Source: an uncultured delta proteobacterium (GTDB taxonomy: Bacteria; Desulfobacterota; Desulfobacteria; Desulfobacterales; JAHEIW01). From it: DNA of 64,000 bases. Below the pieces are notes generated by a model. That model was not told where the DNA came from and made no database searches. It saw nothing but the letters and a program-made list of their open reading frames with translations. Made by a program: the position numbers and the translations under genes. The stretch's first letter is position 1. Every line of letters starts with the position of its first letter. Location of the stretch: NCBI GenBank assembly GCA_963706575.1, contig CAVPNL010000001.1, positions 416,001 to 480,000 on the forward strand, in the 5' to 3' direction. Of the stretch, positions 39,468 through 49,439 are shown in pieces.

Positions 39468-40409
39468 TTAAGTTTGAATCAATCCGTAAACGTGTTCCTT
39501 GCCCGTCCTTCCCTTGATTTCGACAGCCCCGAGATCCTTTGTCCTGAGATCGTCACGGATGAGTTCTGCAGTTTGCGAGCAGATCACTATTTTTTCAGAT
39601 AATTCTTTGTTGGCAAGACCGGATAAACGGAATGCCAAATTTGTGCAGTCACCAACCAGCGCTAAATCGGCCGCACGCGAACCATAGTGTGACATCGTGA
39701 CTTTACCGGTAGTTATTCCCCATCCCATCTGAAGATTATCAGCTGCAATATTTTTACCGCTTAATTTGGTGCGGATCTCGTTTATCGTCTGGGTTTGCTG
39801 GATTGCGGCCTGACAGGCCAAAACGGCCTGTTTGCTTATCGGTTCAACCGCATGATCCCAAAACGCGTAGACGGCGTCGCCGGCGTAATCTTTAATGGTT
39901 CCTTTGAAATTGTACACAATGGCGCTGAAGGTATCAAATATTTCCTTCATCAGGGCATAGACATCGGATGACGCGTTTGCCTGAGAGAAAGTGGTAAACT
40001 CTCTGACATCAGCGACAACATTGGTCACCATTATCTCGGTCGGGATCACGCGGGTGCCATCCGTTAAAATGGCTGCATCGGTAACATCGGTAACATTTTC
40101 AGGGTAAAACACGCGCAAAGAGAATCCGCCTAAACCAATGGTATCTCCATCAGCGAGGTTACTGGATGCACCCGCTGCCAATCGGATACCGTTTACCCAG
40201 GTACCATTTTTGCTTCTATCGGTAATTTGAAGCTGTTCCGCCCGGCGGCTAATTACGGCATGGTCCCTGGATATCTGTTCATCCTGCACCAGGATCCTTT
40301 TTTGTGGGTCCACTCCCTTGCAGCTACGTCCGATAAAAACCTTATCGACGATTTCTAACTGTTGAGTTTGACGGTTCTCATCGACCCATTCCAAATAAGG
40401 TTTCGGCAT
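39468..40409 (-). CDS. FHA domain plus class III nucleotide cyclase
   Basis: FHA: IGR, SRDHA, SKNGTWVNG; cyclase: ADVREFT, GD, GDCTNLAFRL, IKGR. Confidence 0.9.
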   Translation of the reverse strand: MPKPYLEWVDENRQTQQLEIVDKVFIGRSCKGVDPQKRILVQDEQISRDHAVISRRAEQLQITDRSKNGTWVNGIRLAAGASSNLADGDTIGLGGFSLRVFYPENVTDVTDAAILTDGTRVIPTEIMVTNVVADVREFTTFSQANASSDVYALMKEIFDTFSAIVYNFKGTIKDYAGDAVYAFWDHAVEPISKQAVLACQAAIQQTQTINEIRTKLSGKNIAADNLQMGWGITTGKVTMSHYGSRAADLALVGDCTNLAFRLSGLANKELSEKIVICSQTAELIRDDLRTKDLGAVEIKGRTGKEHVYGLIQT

Positions 40410-40477
40410 GATTCCACTTTCAAAGCGGGTAAAATTAAAAAGATTGGTTTGAAGCGCCGGGTAATATTAATGACACA

Positions 40478-41206
40478 TTATTTAATGGCGGCCAGAACAA
40501 CGGTAATATTATCGGCTCCACCGGCAACCTTAGCGGACTCAATCAGGTCTTCGGCTTTTTGGTTGAGATCGATATCGGAGCACAGAATATCCTGAATCTG
40601 ATCATCTTGAATCATATCGGTCAGGCCGTCTGAACAGAGAAGAAACAGATCTTCAGGGTAAAATTTCCCATCCAATAGATCGATCGTGAGCTCTTCCTTT
40701 ACTCCAACTGCACGGAAGATGACGTTGCGCATGGGGTGGTTTTTGGCCTGGTCGGGAGATATCAGACCCTCTTGAAGCTGCTGTTGAACAAGCGTATGGT
40801 CCTGGGTGAGCTGCGCCAGTTGCCCGTTCCTTAATCGATAGGTACGGCTATCTCCGATATGACCGAGAATAAAACCTTCGTCAAAAAATGCCAACAATTC
40901 TGCGGTACAGCCCATCCCCCGGTGACTGGGGTGCTGAGTGACGTGCTCTAAAATTTTTTCATTTGCGCTGCTGTAGGCTTTTTGAACCCGATACAGAATT
41001 TCTTTCTCAGAACGATGGGTATTATCTGAAAAAATTTCGAGCGCTGTTTCTGCAAAAATTTTGCTGGCGACCTCACCTGCAGCTGCGCCACCCATGCCGT
41101 CCGCTGCAAGGCAGAAATCCTGCTCGGGACTCAGGGAAAATACATCTTCATTATTTTCACGTTTAAGTCCGGTATCGGTTTTGCCGGCGAATATTTTTGG
41201 GGGCAT
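40478..41206 (-). CDS. PP2C/Stp1-family Ser/Thr phosphatase
   Basis: RENNED, ADGMGG, GDSR, CSDGL, DNIT. Confidence 0.95.
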   Translation of the reverse strand: MPPKIFAGKTDTGLKRENNEDVFSLSPEQDFCLAADGMGGAAAGEVASKIFAETALEIFSDNTHRSEKEILYRVQKAYSSANEKILEHVTQHPSHRGMGCTAELLAFFDEGFILGHIGDSRTYRLRNGQLAQLTQDHTLVQQQLQEGLISPDQAKNHPMRNVIFRAVGVKEELTIDLLDGKFYPEDLFLLCSDGLTDMIQDDQIQDILCSDIDLNQKAEDLIESAKVAGGADNITVVLAAIK

Positions 41207-41229
41207 ATTAAACTCCTCTGGTTTTCGGC

Positions 41230-42879
41230 CTACTTTGACTGTGAGGAGTTATCGTTAGCCTTGAACTTTTTTTTCATGAAATCCGCAAGATCGGAAGCGT
41301 CAAAAGTCAAGTTTTGTTCTTTTTTAAATTTCAGCAAATCGGTATTTACTGCTGAAGCACTCTGATATCTATTATCTTTTTGTTTTTCCAGGCATTTCAT
41401 CACAATGCGGTTTAATTCTTCCGGAATATCGGGCACTGACATGCTTAACGGTTTAATATCCATTTGCGGTATCATCCGGATTGCATCAATATCATTTTTA
41501 AACGTGTATACTCTTTTTCCGGTAAGCGTTTCATAAAAAACAAGGCCCAGGGCGTAAATGTCCGCTCTGTGGTCGATCGGTTCTCCCAGAGCCTGTTCGG
41601 GCGACAAATAGGCCATTTTCCCTTTAACAACACCCGCCTGGGTTAAACTTGGCTCTGACCTTGCCTTGGAGATTCCAAAATCACTTATTTTCACTTCTCC
41701 TTGATAAGAAACCAGCAGGTTTTGAGGACTGATGTCGCGATGGACGATATGAAAAGGTTCTCCGGTGTTTTCATCCTTTTTGGTGTGGGAATAATCCAGG
41801 CCTTTGCAAATCTGGGAGATAACAAAAGCAGCATGGTCAAATGGGAGGCCCCGTTTCAAAGCAGAGAGGATTTGCCCTAAATTCTTGCCGTCGATGTACT
41901 CCATGGCGATAAAATAAGCATTTTCTATTTTGCCGTAATCGAAGATTTGGACCACGTTCGGATGTTGCAATAGGGCGGCAACCCTTGCTTCACGGGTAAA
42001 CATCTTAATAAAATTCCTATTTCCCGCAAGATGCGGTAGGATCCGCTTAATGGCTACCTTTCTTTTAAACCCGTCGCGACGAACGTAATCTGCCAGAAAC
42101 AGTTCGGCCATTCCTCCGCGGGCAACCTTTTTATGCAAAAGGTAAGGACCGATGCGGTCCATTTTTTCGATATCCTGCTGCACCTGAAGTGCCTTGGCCT
42201 TGGCGTGCCTATCCAATAGGAATAAGCTGCCCCCCAACATGATTATGGTCAACAAGACACCCGATAGATATAAAAACCGCAATCGATTCAGGTTGCCATT
42301 TAGATTCGCAGTAGAAAGGACGACACAAACTTTACCGATTTCGACATCTGAAAAAATAATATTTTTAAAAAAACTGACAACCGCTGTTTTATCTGCTGAA
42401 ATTCCTGAAGTAATCTTGATCCCGTCTAGCGTGTCGATTGCTTTTTCATTTGGCAGCGGCTCAAATTTTTTATTCATCATGTCGGCGTTTGTGTGCGCTA
42501 GGATGTTGTTTTTGTGATCTGTTATGGCGGCAAATTTCAGATCGTCTAAATTTTGCAATTCTTTGATCGCCACATTGAGCGATAAGATGTCTTTTTCTAA
42601 AACGAACGGCCCGCTTTTAGACTCAAGCGTTTGGGTCTCAGAAAGTCCTTGCTTGAGGAAGGCATCATTTCTACTTTCAAACGTGTAGTGATAAAATAAA
42701 AAGCCGCTAAAATTGATGAGAAGCCAGATAGCCAGACAGATGGCGAATGATCTTCGGTTGCGTTCAATTAATTTTATGTTAGAAATACCCTGCATGCCTC
42801 TTGCTATTTTGGTAAAGGTGCTCGTTGAAATTTCTTTCACTTTAACCGCTGTCATTGTGGCAATTTCATTGACAAGCAT
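41230..42879 (-). CDS. Membrane Hanks-type Ser/Thr kinase with 2-TM extracytoplasmic sensor domain
   Basis: RGGMA, AIK, HRDISPQN, DFG, YLSPEQ; two TM helices flank a Cache-like domain; start 42879 behind AGGAGG. Confidence 0.93.
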   Translation of the reverse strand: MLVNEIATMTAVKVKEISTSTFTKIARGMQGISNIKLIERNRRSFAICLAIWLLINFSGFLFYHYTFESRNDAFLKQGLSETQTLESKSGPFVLEKDILSLNVAIKELQNLDDLKFAAITDHKNNILAHTNADMMNKKFEPLPNEKAIDTLDGIKITSGISADKTAVVSFFKNIIFSDVEIGKVCVVLSTANLNGNLNRLRFLYLSGVLLTIIMLGGSLFLLDRHAKAKALQVQQDIEKMDRIGPYLLHKKVARGGMAELFLADYVRRDGFKRKVAIKRILPHLAGNRNFIKMFTREARVAALLQHPNVVQIFDYGKIENAYFIAMEYIDGKNLGQILSALKRGLPFDHAAFVISQICKGLDYSHTKKDENTGEPFHIVHRDISPQNLLVSYQGEVKISDFGISKARSEPSLTQAGVVKGKMAYLSPEQALGEPIDHRADIYALGLVFYETLTGKRVYTFKNDIDAIRMIPQMDIKPLSMSVPDIPEELNRIVMKCLEKQKDNRYQSASAVNTDLLKFKKEQNLTFDASDLADFMKKKFKANDNSSQSK

Positions 42880-42910
42880 GGAACACCTCCTTGCCATATG
42901 CGAATCCGGT

Positions 42911-43786
42911 TTAGATGGTCAATTTTTTAATAATCTCGGTGCAGCGTAATATGATCTGGCGTCTAATCCCTGAAAAATCTTCAGTTTTTGCGAGTTTGTA
43001 CGGATTATTTTTTGACGAATCAGCAATGTCTCCATCATTTACGCCATGTTTCGAGTCGCCGATAGCCAAAAATTTATCTAAATTTGATTGCCTGAACAGG
43101 GTATCCGATGGTGCATTCTGTGTTCCGCACAATGGGCAGGTGATACCAGATCTTATTAGCATTGAATCCATTTCGGTATCCGAATGGCTTAAATTAAAAT
43201 ATTTTCCCAGAAATGCTTTGATCGACTGATATCGAAATATGATTACTAAGAACAATAGTGTCAAACTGCTTAAGACGGCGATAATTGCAAATTGTCTTTG
43301 GGCTTGAAACGATTCAGGGGTCGATAGGCCAATGAAAATTTCTCCGATTTTGGTGCCGCTATAGGTTATTTCGGAGACGAAGTTAAGAATGCGGGCATGG
43401 CTTGCGAAACCCCCTTCCCAAATCGATACTTTTTCGATCGAACTGGCCCCTTCGGTCATATCCGGCATAAGATGCCCGGTACCGGTAAAGGCGACAACTT
43501 TATTTCGGTGATCAACAACAGAAGCGTAAATTACATCGGCTTTATTGGCCGCATCGGTGAGTAACTTGTGAATTGACTGAGAATTGTTTTCTAAAAGCGG
43601 CAGGCTGACAAGTTTGGAAAATTCATTTGTTATTTCGACGCCTGATTCTCTTAACTCGCCTTTACGATGATTTATGCGTAAGGCGATCACTGAATAAACA
43701 ATAAGCATGACCAGCCACCATGCGGCCAGACCAACAAGCAAATAGCGGGTGTTTAAATGGTTGCCGAGTCGCTGGATCGAATTCAT
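42911..43786 (-). CDS. 2-TM membrane protein with a sensor domain paralogous to the kinase and a cytoplasmic CPLC motif
   Basis: ASVVDHRNKVVAFT and EITYSGTKIGEIFIGLS align with kinase AAITDHKNNILAHT and NIIFSDVEIGKVCVVLS. Confidence 0.75.
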   Translation of the reverse strand: MNSIQRLGNHLNTRYLLVGLAAWWLVMLIVYSVIALRINHRKGELRESGVEITNEFSKLVSLPLLENNSQSIHKLLTDAANKADVIYASVVDHRNKVVAFTGTGHLMPDMTEGASSIEKVSIWEGGFASHARILNFVSEITYSGTKIGEIFIGLSTPESFQAQRQFAIIAVLSSLTLLFLVIIFRYQSIKAFLGKYFNLSHSDTEMDSMLIRSGITCPLCGTQNAPSDTLFRQSNLDKFLAIGDSKHGVNDGDIADSSKNNPYKLAKTEDFSGIRRQIILRCTEIIKKLTI

Positions 43787-44163
43787 TTGGCGTTTTTCTC
43801 CCTTAAGTTTTTGGGTGATGGTTGGGTTCCATATGCCGTCCTGAATTTTTTATGGCGAAAGATCTGTTTGAGACGGTCAACACTACCATATTAACCTTAA
43901 CAAATTATTATGGTCCAAAACCAAAGTCAAGCAAATTAACTGCCGGGAATTTTTAGAATTTGATTGTTCAAAATGCGAATAGCGTTCCAATATTTCAATG
44001 CGAATCGCTAATTTGCCGAAAATGATATTTAATTTGACAAGCACCTAAAAATAAGCCTAGGATAATGGGTTAAATATTTGTAAACCAAACGACCAGGCAG
44101 ATTTAGGTGCCTGCTGTTTGAATAATCCTGATTTGTTGGTTCATCTTTTTACCGAGGGCTGCC

Positions 44164-45213
44164 ATGTTTGCTTATGTTATTGCTCAATTTCAGGTGAACT
44201 TGCGTTTGAATAGTCCTAAAATTGTATTCATTTGCGTATTCATCGGAATAACTTCGCTTGTTTTCAACTCCTGTGCGCCAACCCGAACAACAACTCAACC
44301 TGTAAATGCAAATGCTTTTCGTTCCGAGGATTATGTTGTTTACCAGCTAAAAGAAAACGAAACACCTGCTGATCTGGCAGCAAAATTCTTGGGAGGCCAA
44401 AAAAAATCATGGATAATTGAAGAGGCCAATCCCGGGACTCGGTTCCGCAACGGGAACGCTGTCGTGATTCCGTTGAAAGATAAAAATAGGGGAGGGCTGA
44501 GTGCCGATGGATTTCAAACCATACCGATATTGACGTATCACCGGTTTGCCGAAAATTGCAGTTCTCCTCTCTGCATGCCGGCAAAAACCTTTGAGCGCCA
44601 AATGCGGTACTTAAAGGAAAATGGGTATCATGTGATAACAGCTGAAGACCTGGTTGCCTTTCTTGAATATCGTCAGGGGCTTCCAAAAAAATCTGTGCTC
44701 ATCACCATGGATGATGGCTATCGCTCCGTCTATAATATTGCCTATCCGATCCTTAACAAATACGGGTTCAAGGCGACTTTATTTATCTATACTAATTTTG
44801 TCGGGGTTTCCAAAATGGCCATTACCTGGAATCAACTCAAAGAAATGCAGACCAACGGCTTTACAATCGGTTCGCACACCATTTATCATAGTGATCTCAC
44901 CAACCCCAAAGAGGGCGAATCAGAACAGGAACATATTGCCAGGGTTAAAGAGGAACTCAATGGATCTAAAAAAATAATTGATCACAAATTAGGCCAGGAC
45001 ACCTATTTTTTGGCGTATCCGTTCGGTTATTATGATCAAAGATCGATTCAGATGGCCAAAGCGGCGGGGTACAAATTAGCAATGTCAGTAAAAAGAGGGG
45101 GCAATGCCTTTTTCGCAAATCCCTTGACATTAAGAAGAGATCAGATATTGGAAAAGGACATGCAGTCATTCGTTTCAAGGCTGAAAACTTTTAATCATCT
45201 TTTGTTAAAGTGA
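44164..45213 (+). CDS. CE4 polysaccharide deacetylase with LysM-like N-domain, probable lipoprotein
   Basis: FNSC lipobox-like, YQLKENETPADLAAKF, ILTYH, TMDDG, SHTIYH, AYPFG. Confidence 0.88.
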   Translation: MFAYVIAQFQVNLRLNSPKIVFICVFIGITSLVFNSCAPTRTTTQPVNANAFRSEDYVVYQLKENETPADLAAKFLGGQKKSWIIEEANPGTRFRNGNAVVIPLKDKNRGGLSADGFQTIPILTYHRFAENCSSPLCMPAKTFERQMRYLKENGYHVITAEDLVAFLEYRQGLPKKSVLITMDDGYRSVYNIAYPILNKYGFKATLFIYTNFVGVSKMAITWNQLKEMQTNGFTIGSHTIYHSDLTNPKEGESEQEHIARVKEELNGSKKIIDHKLGQDTYFLAYPFGYYDQRSIQMAKAAGYKLAMSVKRGGNAFFANPLTLRRDQILEKDMQSFVSRLKTFNHLLLK

Positions 45214-45220
45214 GAAAACC

Positions 45221-46900
45221 ATGAAAAACAAAGCAGGAATTATCAGCGTTGTCTTTTTGCTTGTTCTGGTGGTGGGGTGCTCGACATTTGGCACCAAATC
45301 TCCGGAAACGCTTGCCAAAGAGTATATGGAAAAAGCACAGCAATATGAGAAAAAGGGTGATCTGGTTGAGGCTTTGAAGCAATACAAACTTGTTCTCACG
45401 GTGGATCCTGCAAATCAGCTGGCCCAGCAAAAAAGGGCAGCGCTCGAGCCGCAACTCCAAAAACTGGCTGATGAGCATTACAAAAACGGTATCAAGTTTT
45501 ATAACAAGGGCGAATACGGTCAGGCGCGCAAAGAGTTTTTAACTGCACTGCGATATAATCCCGAGCATGCGAATGCAAAAGCGAAACTAACGGCGACGAG
45601 CAAAGATTTAGGGCAGGTCAAAAGATATATTGTCCACACCGTTCAAGCAGACGAAAGTATTTCAACATTGGCCGAACGTTATTATGGCGATTATCGGAAG
45701 TTTCATTTCATTGCCGAGTACAACGAACTGGAGGATGCCACCCAGGTTAGAGTCGGTCAGGATATTAAAATTCCCGTTATTGAAGGCGTTCCGATTATTA
45801 CCGATCCTGCGGCAATTCAGACGGATCCGGGTGAAACGGCTGAACCATTGCCCGGTGAAATCATAACGGTTAAACGATTTGTCATTCATACGGTCCAGCC
45901 TGAGGAAACGCTTTCAAAACTGGCCAAGATGTACTACGGCGACCTCAGCAAATTCGATGTGATTGCCAAATTCAATGATATTGGAACCAGTTTGAGAGTC
46001 GGCCAGGAGCTTAAAATCCCCGAAGTCGAGGGACTTCCATTTTTGGTTGAGGGTAAGGTGGAAGAAACAAAAACGGTTGCACTGCCTAAATCCCAACCTT
46101 TGACCGAAGCGGTAACTGAAAAACCAAAAGAGCCGGAGATCATCAAAAAGCCCATCACAATGGAAGATCAGACAGCCAATTATCGTGAACTCGGTATTGA
46201 ACTCTATAAAAACAAAGAATATTCAGATGCTATCATTGAACTCGATAAAGTCTTAAGCGTAAATCCTGCTGATCAAACGGCGCTGAACTATATGGCACTC
46301 GCTTATTTTGAAAAAGGCCGTCAATTGTTCGACAATAAAGCCTATTCCCAGGCTGAAAAGGAATTTGAAGCCTCCCTTAAATACAACGAGAACTGTCCCG
46401 ACTGCCGGGATTACATTAATAAAATCGAGAAAAAGAGAAGCGCGAACCTCAGTGACGAAGCAATCGCATTGTACAATCAAAAAAAATTCAAAGAAGCTAT
46501 TGTTAAATTTGAAGCAGTTGTGAAAAACGATCCGAAAGATTCCGAGGCGCTCGCATACCTTGAAAAATCTCATTTTCAACAAGGGCTGATTCTGTTTGGC
46601 AAAGAGGATTATTTGGCTGCCAGGGATGAGTTCAAAACGGCACTGGAATACAATAAAAAATGTGACCAATGCGAGAAGAATATTCGAAAAAGCGAGGATA
46701 CTTACAAGGAAGTTCACTATGATAAGGGGCTTGCGTACTTTGGCGATCAAAAATTAGCTGAGGCCATTCAGGAGTGGGAGTCTGTCTCGGCACTCGATCC
46801 GAATTACAAAGACGTAAACAAAAACCTCACAAAGGCAAAAACGCTTTACGAGCGTCTGGAAAGCATTAAGCGAAGCAAGACCCAGGAAAACACGCAGTAA
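45221..46900 (+). CDS. Lipoprotein with TPR repeats and two LysM domains
   Basis: VVGC lipobox; HTVQADESISTLAERYYG and HTVQPEETLSKLAKMYYG LysMs; multiple TPR helical pairs. Confidence 0.88.
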   Translation: MKNKAGIISVVFLLVLVVGCSTFGTKSPETLAKEYMEKAQQYEKKGDLVEALKQYKLVLTVDPANQLAQQKRAALEPQLQKLADEHYKNGIKFYNKGEYGQARKEFLTALRYNPEHANAKAKLTATSKDLGQVKRYIVHTVQADESISTLAERYYGDYRKFHFIAEYNELEDATQVRVGQDIKIPVIEGVPIITDPAAIQTDPGETAEPLPGEIITVKRFVIHTVQPEETLSKLAKMYYGDLSKFDVIAKFNDIGTSLRVGQELKIPEVEGLPFLVEGKVEETKTVALPKSQPLTEAVTEKPKEPEIIKKPITMEDQTANYRELGIELYKNKEYSDAIIELDKVLSVNPADQTALNYMALAYFEKGRQLFDNKAYSQAEKEFEASLKYNENCPDCRDYINKIEKKRSANLSDEAIALYNQKKFKEAIVKFEAVVKNDPKDSEALAYLEKSHFQQGLILFGKEDYLAARDEFKTALEYNKKCDQCEKNIRKSEDTYKEVHYDKGLAYFGDQKLAEAIQEWESVSALDPNYKDVNKNLTKAKTLYERLESIKRSKTQENTQ

Positions 46901-46915
46901 GGCCTTCGGCCTTCA

Positions 46916-47068
46916 GGTTCAAAGTTCAAAGTTCAAAGGTTCAGAGGTTAGCGGTCAGAAAACAGATACCAGGCTGCTGGCTTCTCGCTTCTTGCTTCTG
47001 GCCAGGAACCAGTGCCCAGAAGCCAGTAGCAGGTGATCTAAACCCTTGAACCCTGAACCTTTGAACCC
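46916..47068. repeat. Nested intergenic palindrome with short tandem-repeat arms
   Basis: Outer GTTCAAA(G) repeats vs TGAACCC repeats; inner GCTTCTN repeats vs AGAAGCCAGTAGC. Confidence 0.75.
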
Positions 47069-47078
47069 TTTTTTGAAA

Positions 47079-49103
47079 TTACTTTTTAAAATTCGGCGGT
47101 CGCTTTTCCAGGAAAGCCGAGATGCCTTCTTTAGCAGCTTCCGTACAGGCAATTTCTCCGAATCCTTTATATCCGATTTCAAGGGCGTCATTGAAATTTG
47201 CAGTTGCCGCGCCTTCCTGGACCACTTTCACTGTGAGGGATACTGCTTCTTTGCTAAGCACCTGTCTGCCTGATTTGGGTTCCTCTGAAATTTTGAATTC
47301 AGGAATTTCAATCTTACTATCCGGAATGCCGCCTATTTTTCCCTGCAGGTGGTTAACCGCCTCAACAGCAGCTGAAATTAATGCGGCATAATCATCCACG
47401 ATTCGGGTAACCATGCCGACATCTGCGGCTTCTTCAACCCCGAGCGGCCGGCCCAGACAAATCATTTCATGAAACAGAGCGGCACCCTGGGGCCATTTGC
47501 GGTAGGGCACTACACAGCCGCCGATCCCCGGCAGGATCCCCAGCATGATTTCGGGGAACTGAAAGCTTGCGTTTTTCGTAGCGACTATCGCGTGACAGCG
47601 GATGGCCACTTCCAACCCGCCGCCAAGGGCAAATCCGTTGACGGCCGCCACCACGGGTCTTTGCATTTGATCCATATAAATCTGGACATTGGCGCAATCT
47701 CTGGCATACTGGGCCGAAGCTCGGGCATCTCCGAGCATTTCCGGAAATTTGCCGATGTCAGCCCCTGCTGAAAAAGCGGCTGTTCCGTAACCGGTGATGA
47801 CAAATCCCTTGACCGCCGGGTCGACTTCGAATTCCTTGAAAACGGACAGGATTTCGTCTGTCAGCTCTTCGTTGAGGGCATTCATGGCCTGCGGACGGCG
47901 GATGGTAATCACCTTGACGCCGTCGATATCATCTACCAGGACGAAGCGCTTGAAATCCTGATATGTTCCAAGCGCTTGCTGCGGCATCGGAAATCCCGGT
48001 CGTTCTGATTGAAAGCGGTCCATGATCCGCTTGACTTCATCTTCCCCCAGTTCCCGCATCAGATCCAGCGGCCCTTTGCGAAACCCCAGGGCTACCTGAC
48101 AACCGAAGTTGAGATCGGCTTTGGTTCCGATCCCGCGGTCGATAATATCGAAAGACTGTGAGAACAGGATGCCCAGCAGGCGGTCACGGACGGCCGACTT
48201 TATGTCTTGCGGAACTTCCACCGGGCTGCCGGGGCGGTGCGTGAGCCAGCGATCCACCGACGCCAGAATGGAGGCGGGCAGGTAATGGGTGCCTTCTTCC
48301 ATCTGCAGGCTGTTGGTTTCAATGATAATCGGATTTCCGTTGGTCATGTTCATGACAAAAAATGGTCCGGCAAAGACGAATTCTTCGGCGACTTTGTCAA
48401 TCTGGCCGGCGGTTGCCTGATCCAGTAAGTAGGCGGATTCGTTGCACCAGTTGTCAAAGATGCGGTTCAGTATAAAACAGATGGCGTTGTCGGTAATGAT
48501 GGGTGCTTTGCCGGTATTGGCAAAAAACCAGAACAGGTAATCCAGGGTCTCCTGGCTGCCTTTTTCCCAGGCGATGACCTCAACCGGAAGGCTTCTCCAG
48601 GCCGGCGCAAAAAAGTGGGTGATGGAGGTGCGCTGCGGGTTTTTCATATGGCAAAAGATTCTGTCAGCCGGGATTGAGGAGGTGTTTGAGGTGATGATGG
48701 TATCGGCACTGACAATATTTTCAACGGTTTCAAAAATTTTTTGTTTCAGCGGAATGGATTCGGTGGCAGCTTCGATGACCAGCTGGCAATTTTTAATCTG
48801 CTGGTAGTCGGTGGTATAGACGATATTTTCGCGAACTGCGGCTGCTTTTTCGGGCTTCAGCTTCTTTTTGTCGATGGCCTTATCCGTGTATCCGGCAATA
48901 CGCTGTTCCGCCAGTTGGAGCGGCTTCTCAACAACATCCACCAGATACAGCTTGCTGTTCGGAATGGCGCTTTTCAAATAATAACCGATATCCGGACCGA
49001 TGGTGCCGGCGCCGATGACAGCGATTTCATCCGGCAGCGATCTTGAAGGCTCAATCAGCAAAGGGTTAAATGCCGTTTGATAGAGTTTTTTTTCAGCGTT
49101 CAT
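47079..49103 (-). CDS. 3-hydroxyacyl-CoA dehydrogenase / enoyl-CoA hydratase fusion
   Basis: GAGTIG, EAATE, SNTSS, HFF; C-terminal crotonase AGAD, GGGLE, PEIMLG. Confidence 0.9.
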   Translation of the reverse strand: MNAEKKLYQTAFNPLLIEPSRSLPDEIAVIGAGTIGPDIGYYLKSAIPNSKLYLVDVVEKPLQLAEQRIAGYTDKAIDKKKLKPEKAAAVRENIVYTTDYQQIKNCQLVIEAATESIPLKQKIFETVENIVSADTIITSNTSSIPADRIFCHMKNPQRTSITHFFAPAWRSLPVEVIAWEKGSQETLDYLFWFFANTGKAPIITDNAICFILNRIFDNWCNESAYLLDQATAGQIDKVAEEFVFAGPFFVMNMTNGNPIIIETNSLQMEEGTHYLPASILASVDRWLTHRPGSPVEVPQDIKSAVRDRLLGILFSQSFDIIDRGIGTKADLNFGCQVALGFRKGPLDLMRELGEDEVKRIMDRFQSERPGFPMPQQALGTYQDFKRFVLVDDIDGVKVITIRRPQAMNALNEELTDEILSVFKEFEVDPAVKGFVITGYGTAAFSAGADIGKFPEMLGDARASAQYARDCANVQIYMDQMQRPVVAAVNGFALGGGLEVAIRCHAIVATKNASFQFPEIMLGILPGIGGCVVPYRKWPQGAALFHEMICLGRPLGVEEAADVGMVTRIVDDYAALISAAVEAVNHLQGKIGGIPDSKIEIPEFKISEEPKSGRQVLSKEAVSLTVKVVQEGAATANFNDALEIGYKGFGEIACTEAAKEGISAFLEKRPPNFKK

Positions 49104-49197
49104 GGCGAGCATTCCTTTCCGGTAAAGTTGGGTTCAATTTATATCATTATTCGCAAAAATAAAGTAAAGAAACTGAAATAAAGCGCAAGATAATTTC

Positions 49198-49238
49198 CTT
49201 GACACGTTTTTGTATACCGTATACAAAAGTGTGTCAAG
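49198..49238. promoter_or_regulatory. 41-bp near-perfect palindrome: overlapping divergent promoters with a central TGTATAC-N-GTATACA operator
   Basis: CTTGACACGTTTTTGTATACCGTATACAAAAGTGTGTCAAG; TTGACA on both strands. Confidence 0.7.
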
Positions 49239-49439
49239 TTGGTGTAAACACCCATTTCTGAAAAGCTGGCGGGCGCATTCATTGCCTCAGCCGTTTTGCA
49301 TTTTTTGCGATCGTAAAGTCACAATTACACGCACGGTTTGAGATTTTGCGAGATTATGCATATCCATTCTTGCGATTCCATTAAAACTCCACAAAAATAT
49401 TATTGGCAATAGCAACACCAGTAAAAAAGGGGACATACC

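Noticed and set aside
39468..42879. FHA/PP2C/kinase trio as a T6SS regulatory module or Pycsar
   Set aside because: No T6SS structural genes and no cNMP-binding TM/TIR effector in the window
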